Shown here: positions 58,866 through 64,000 of the stretch, piece after piece
Numbering within the stretch: position 1 is the first letter of the stretch
Layout of the letters: each line of letters begins with the position of its first letter
Assembly: GCA_965220085.1 (NCBI GenBank)
Contig: CBDCOZ010000003.1
Location: 1,536,001-1,600,000 of the forward strand
Length of the DNA stretch: 64,000 nt
DNA from: Candidatus Oxydemutatoraceae bacterium
GTDB lineage: Bacteria > Pseudomonadota > Gammaproteobacteria > Poriferisulfidales > Oxydemutatoraceae
Direction: 5' to 3'
The notes under the pieces: model-generated
Database searches by the model: none
The model's input: only the letters and a program-made list of their open reading frames with translations
What the model was told of the DNA's origin: nothing
Translations under genes and position numbers: made by a program

Positions 58866-59237
58866 TTACCGGATCACCATCTGCATGAACCATGCAAGAA
58901 GCAGATCCAGCATCCACAAAAAAATGGCAATTACAAAAATGGCGGCGAATACTATCAGTACCGAATGCAAGGTTTCGGTCTTGGTCGGCCATACCATTTT
59001 CTGCAACTCAACACGCGAACCGCGCAGAAATTCGGCGGTCTCTCTTCCTTTCATAGTCATGAAGAAAAGTACCGCGGCAATGATGACCGCGCCAAAAACG
59101 GACATCACGCGATAAAAAAGATCGTTCTCGTCAAGCGTATAAAAAAGCGCGATGCCGGCCGCCAGCGACAAGCCGGCCGCCGCCATCTTTAGCGTATCTT
59201 GCAACGAGTTGTTCGGTGTTGTCTTCTCGGCAGCCAT
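58866..59237 (-). CDS. secE: Preprotein translocase SecE (3-TM type)
   Basis: ELQKMVWPTK.ET motif; between tRNA-Trp and nusG. Confidence 0.94.
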   Translation of the reverse strand: MAAEKTTPNNSLQDTLKMAAAGLSLAAGIALFYTLDENDLFYRVMSVFGAVIIAAVLFFMTMKGRETAEFLRGSRVELQKMVWPTKTETLHSVLIVFAAIFVIAIFLWMLDLLLAWFMQMVIR

Positions 59238-59260
59238 CACATTCCGTCCCGACTCAAGTG

Positions 59261-59337
<77 letters not shown>

Positions 59338-59395
59338 AATCAGGCACACAATATATGAGTACGGATACATAAACCTTTAACGAATAGAAAATAAC

Positions 59396-60586
<1,191 letters not shown>

Positions 60587-60626
60587 GATTATTTCCTGTT
60601 AATATTAAGTTCAAAATTTCAGGCGG

Positions 60627-60698
60627 AGCCCATAACCGGGATTGAACCGGTGACCTCTTCCTTACCAAGGAAGCGCTCTACCGCTGAGCTATATGGGC
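60627..60698 (-). tRNA. tRNA-Thr (GGT), CCA not encoded
   Basis: GCCCATA acceptor stem, TTGGTAA loop, GGTTCAAT; followed by CCG. Confidence 0.95.
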
Positions 60699-60741
60699 AC
60701 ATGCCATCTCCGCAAAGTATCGCACTTATCCTGTTAGCCAG

Positions 60742-60812
60742 AGCGGGTGAGCGGGATCGAACCGCCATCATCAGCTTGGAAGGCTGAGGTTCTGCCATTG
60801 AACTACACCCGC
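60742..60812 (-). tRNA. tRNA-Gly (TCC), CCA not encoded
   Basis: GCGGGTG acceptor stem, CTTCCAA loop, GGTTCGAT; followed by CTG. Confidence 0.95.
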
Positions 60813-60886
60813 TAATGAGTTACGCTTCAAAATACCAATGCTCACTGCCATTCTCGCTATTTTATCCGCTGCTTGCCTCCTCACAA

Positions 60887-60968
60887 TGGAGGGGGTAGGA
60901 TTCGAACCTACGAAGGCAAAGCCAGCAGATTTACAGTCTGCCCCCGTTGACCGCTTGGGTACCCCTCC
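60887..60968 (-). tRNA. tRNA-Tyr (GTA), CCA not encoded
   Basis: GGAGGGG acceptor stem, CTGTAAA loop, long variable arm, GGTTCGAAT; followed by TTG. Confidence 0.95.
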
Positions 60969-60983
60969 GCCAGTCAATCCGAT

Positions 60984-61012
60984 ATTATCGCATTATCGGA
61001 TATAGTCGTCAA
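60984..61012 (-). promoter_or_regulatory. Probable promoter of the tRNA-tuf operon
   Basis: Minus strand TTGACG-N17-GATAAT (preceded by TG), overlapped by ATCCGATA/TATCGGAT inverted repeat. Confidence 0.45.
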
Positions 61013-61155
61013 ATGATTTTTCATCTATCGCAGGTTTGGGAGGCGACACCGCGCAATATAGCCCTCGCCGGCGGGAAAAGTTCCGCAATATTCAAGGCGT
61101 TACAAGGGCCATCGGGCCGCTTGTCCTCGCTGCGGCATGGCCGACGCCATAGCGC

Positions 61156-61653
61156 TCAGGCGGCAATGCTTCCGGCCTCGTGCCTGAGCAACCACGCTTT
61201 GACCCTGCCGGCGCGCGCGCCGTCGCTGCCGCAATAATGTCCCGGCCAGCGATTCGCAGCAGAAGGAATAACCCGGTGACACGGGATGATAATTGGCGCC
61301 GGGTTGGCGCGACACGCTCCGCCGACCGCTCGCGGATGATTTTTAATGCGGTCGGCCAATTGCCGATAGGTCAGAACATCTCCCGCGGATGTTTTTCTCA
61401 GTTGACTCCAAACGCGAGAGCGAAATGGCGTCGCGCAATCGATATCTAATTGCACCGCAAACTTCCATTGCGGATTTTTAAAGTAGCTATTCAGTTGCGC
61501 GGATAACAACTCCTCGGTTTCGCTTGCAACGCTCAGACGCTCCTTGCCGGTCATTCTCTCGACAAAACGCAATCCGGTCACTTTGGATGACCGGATACTT
61601 ACGGCGAGGAGCCCGAGCGGAGATTCCACATGAAAGACGCCGGCGACTGCCAT
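61156..61653 (-). CDS. ogt: Methylated-DNA--protein-cysteine methyltransferase
   Basis: SPLG N-terminus, TPFR..VW, RAVGGACRANP, PCHRV active site. Confidence 0.9.
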   Translation of the reverse strand: MAVAGVFHVESPLGLLAVSIRSSKVTGLRFVERMTGKERLSVASETEELLSAQLNSYFKNPQWKFAVQLDIDCATPFRSRVWSQLRKTSAGDVLTYRQLADRIKNHPRAVGGACRANPAPIIIPCHRVIPSAANRWPGHYCGSDGARAGRVKAWLLRHEAGSIAA

Positions 61654-61686
61654 CACGCGATGCGCCGGCGCGCGCTGTTCAAGCAT

Positions 61687-61763
61687 TGGTCGGGGTGAGA
61701 GGATTTGAACCTCTGACCACCGCAACCCCATTGCGGTGCGCTACCAGACTGCGCCACACCCCG
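61687..61763 (-). tRNA. tRNA-Pro (GGG)
   Basis: CGGGGTG acceptor stem, CCGCA-ATGGGGT-TGCGG anticodon arm, CCA end; usual position after ihfA-merR. Confidence 0.95.
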
Positions 61764-61768
61764 ATATC

Positions 61769-62119
61769 TCATTTGAGTATTTCCAGAATATCTTCAAGTT
61801 CTTCTCTAATGCCGCTGATCAATACGCGATTGCCGGAGGGCTCTTCGTCCCTTGCTCTCTGTTGCATTTTCTTTTGGGCGCCGTCTATTGTGTATTTCTT
61901 CTCCCGCAACAACATGTAAATGGTGCGTATCGTATTGAGGTCTTCCGACTGGTAAAACCGGCGCCCGCCTCTGCGTACGGGTTTTAGCTGCGTGAAAATA
62001 CTTTCCCAGTAACGCAGGACATGCGGCTCAATATCGCACCACTTGCTGACTTCCCCGATAGTCAAATAACGCTTATCAGGGATCCGTGGAAAACTGCTCT
62101 TGCTCCTCTCCTCCGCCAT
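61769..62119 (-). CDS. MerR family HTH regulator (ihfA-associated)
   Basis: [13 protein letters not shown]...[19 protein letters not shown]. Confidence 0.9.
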   Translation of the reverse strand: MAEERSKSSFPRIPDKRYLTIGEVSKWCDIEPHVLRYWESIFTQLKPVRRGGRRFYQSEDLNTIRTIYMLLREKKYTIDGAQKKMQQRARDEEPSGNRVLISGIREELEDILEILK

Positions 62120-62399
62120 GGAAAGCTACCCTCCCCTTCAATTTTTGTCCCGGCCTGAATACGACAACTCTGCGGGGCTCAATGGAAACCGGCTCGCCGG
62201 TCCTCGGATTGCGCCCGGGACGGGCCCCCTTGTCGCGTAACATAAAGTTACCGAAACCGGAAAGCTTCACACATTTGCCGCTTTCCAGTATTTCTACAAT
62301 TTCACTGAGGAAGATTTCAACAAACTCGTGGGACTCGCGATTACTAAGCCCTAATCTTTCATTCAGGTTCTTCGCCAAAGTTGCTTTAGTAACTGCCAT
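62076..62399 (-). CDS. ihfA: Integration host factor alpha
   Basis: [32 protein letters not shown]; follows pheT. Confidence 0.95.
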   Translation of the reverse strand: MAVTKATLAKNLNERLGLSNRESHEFVEIFLSEIVEILESGKCVKLSGFGNFMLRDKGARPGRNPRTGEPVSIEPRRVVVFRPGQKLKGRVAFHGGGEEQEQFSTDP

Positions 62400-62424
62400 C
62401 CTTCTGTCCTCTAAAATAGACTTT

Positions 62425-63999
62425 CTATTTTTCTCCTCTCAGAGTTCCTCCAAATTCATGTATTGCGCCGGTAATCTTTTCAATCAGCATATCGCTGTCT
62501 TTGCTTTCCATAGTGCGGTCCATATCTTGAAAAATTAATCCGATACCGACACTCTTATGCCCAGGCTCGACAGCTTCACCGCTAAATATATCAAATATTA
62601 TTATTTTTTGAAGCGCGGAGGAAGCCGCCGCTCGTATACATTTTACCAAATCATCAACCGAATGCTTAGCCGGTATGGAAACCGCAAGGTCCCGGCGGAT
62701 TGAAGGATAACTCGAAAGCGGCTTGTATTGCCGCGTTGCGAGCGCCGGTAACAGCGACGCGTCCAACTCAAACATAAATACCGGCATACTCATTTTGCGC
62801 GTCCGCTCCAACTGCGGAGCCAGTTGCCCTACGCAACCGAGTTTGACCGCGCCCAGCATAATGTCGGCACACTGTCCCGGATGAAATGCTTTGTGCGAGC
62901 CCGGCACAAAATTCGCTTCGTCAAACGGCGATAACAGACGTTCCACGTCGCCTTTGATACGGTAAAAGTCATAGGCTGCTTTGTCGACATGCCATTGCTC
63001 CGGCGCCACCGTACCGCATGCGACGCCGGCCAGAGAAAGGCGCTCATGCGCTTTCTCGCCTTCCTGCTCGAAGACATTGCCTATCTGAAACAATCGCACT
63101 CGTTCAAACTGGCGCCGCAGGTTGTGCGCAAGCGACTGCAATAAGCCCGGCAAAAGTGTCGCACACAACTCGTCCATATCGCCCGATATCGGGTTTTCCA
63201 ACGCCACCGCCCGGCGGTCGGAAAACAGCTTTTGTACGGCCCCATCGACCAGACTATAAGTCACCGCTTCGTGATATCCGGCGCCCATCAGATGCTGGCG
63301 CAGCTTTACAAAACCTTGCCGCCTGTGATGCTGCCGCGGCAGCCCTTCGAGCGACATGTGAAAATCTTCCGGAATCCGGTCGTAGCCGTACAGACGCCCG
63401 ATCTCTTCGACCAAATCTTCTTCAATGTTCAGATCAAAACGCCAACTCGGCGCTTCGCATTCCCATGCCCCGCTCGCCGATTCCAACTTGCAACCGATAG
63501 CGCTCAGGCTGCGTTCGATAAAATCCTCCTTGATGGCAATTCCAAGACGGCGTTTTACCGTATCGGCGGCAAGCGAAATTTTGGGGCGTTGCGGCAAGCT
63601 CTGATTATCTTTCGCACATACAACAGGACCGGGCGCGCCGCCGACCCACTCGCAGATTAAGCTCGTAGCTCGTTCGATGGCGCGTTGCGGCAAGCAAAAA
63701 TCAACTCCGCGCTCAAAGCGGTGCGCCGATTCGGTCTGGATGTTATGCGCCCGCATACGGCCGCCGATTACCCGCGGGGCGAAAAATGCGCATTCAAGAA
63801 TCGCCTCTGTCGTCCGCTCATCTACCGCGCTTGTCTCGGCGCCGACGACGCCCGCCAACGCCTGCGCGCCCTGATCGTCCCTGATAACCAGATCTTTTTC
63901 GCTCAGTTGCAATGGTTCTCCGCCGATAGCCGTCATCTTCTCGCCGGGTTGCGCATAGCAGACCCTCAGCGCGCCTTTGATTTTATTGCGGTCAAAAGC
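62425..63999 (-). CDS. pheT: Phenylalanine--tRNA ligase beta subunit (5'-truncated by window edge)
   Basis: [45 protein letters not shown] domain. Confidence 0.96.
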   Translation of the reverse strand, partial: AFDRNKIKGALRVCYAQPGEKMTAIGGEPLQLSEKDLVIRDDQGAQALAGVVGAETSAVDERTTEAILECAFFAPRVIGGRMRAHNIQTESAHRFERGVDFCLPQRAIERATSLICEWVGGAPGPVVCAKDNQSLPQRPKISLAADTVKRRLGIAIKEDFIERSLSAIGCKLESASGAWECEAPSWRFDLNIEEDLVEEIGRLYGYDRIPEDFHMSLEGLPRQHHRRQGFVKLRQHLMGAGYHEAVTYSLVDGAVQKLFSDRRAVALENPISGDMDELCATLLPGLLQSLAHNLRRQFERVRLFQIGNVFEQEGEKAHERLSLAGVACGTVAPEQWHVDKAAYDFYRIKGDVERLLSPFDEANFVPGSHKAFHPGQCADIMLGAVKLGCVGQLAPQLERTRKMSMPVFMFELDASLLPALATRQYKPLSSYPSIRRDLAVSIPAKHSVDDLVKCIRAAASSALQKIIIFDIFSGEAVEPGHKSVGIGLIFQDMDRTMESKDSDMLIEKITGAIHEFGGTLRGEK

Positions 64000-64000
64000 G

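Noticed and set aside
61687-61763. tRNA-Pro or tRNA-Trp as an integration site
   Set aside because: No duplicated tRNA 3' end and no integrase nearby; flanking genes are housekeeping.

Overview
Chromosomal window from a GC-rich gammaproteobacterium (inferred from gene order and protein similarity; a host-associated lifestyle is suggested but not shown). About 90% is tightly packed core genome: valS, ygfZ, leuS-lptE, the miaB-ybeZ-ybeY-corC-lnt cluster with interleaved surface-glycan genes, ssb/MFS/uvrA, an orphan pstS, the S10-spc-alpha and str ribosomal operons, rpoBC, rplKAJL, secE-nusG, two near-identical tuf genes, five tRNAs, ogt, a MerR-family gene, ihfA and pheT. The exception is a ~6.1 kb island (41.65-47.79 kb) between rpoC and rpsL. 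It holds two divergently transcribed, otherwise dissimilar secreted modular proteins: an Ig/cadherin-like repeat protein split by a frameshift, and a cysteine-rich InlB-B-repeat-like protein. Both end in the same 15-residue tail, DI(R/N)LRLR(L/I)FLEGPLR-stop, conserved at the protein level. Directly behind the first gene is an 8 x 58 bp tandem array in which every unit re-copies a variant of the last codons of that tail. The non-coding DNA between the two genes carries several direct and inverted repeats. The best candidate for an undescribed system is this C-terminal 'FLEGPLR' sorting/anchoring signal on shuffled surface proteins, plus its tail-copy array. No recombinase, transposase, RT or cas gene is present in the window.
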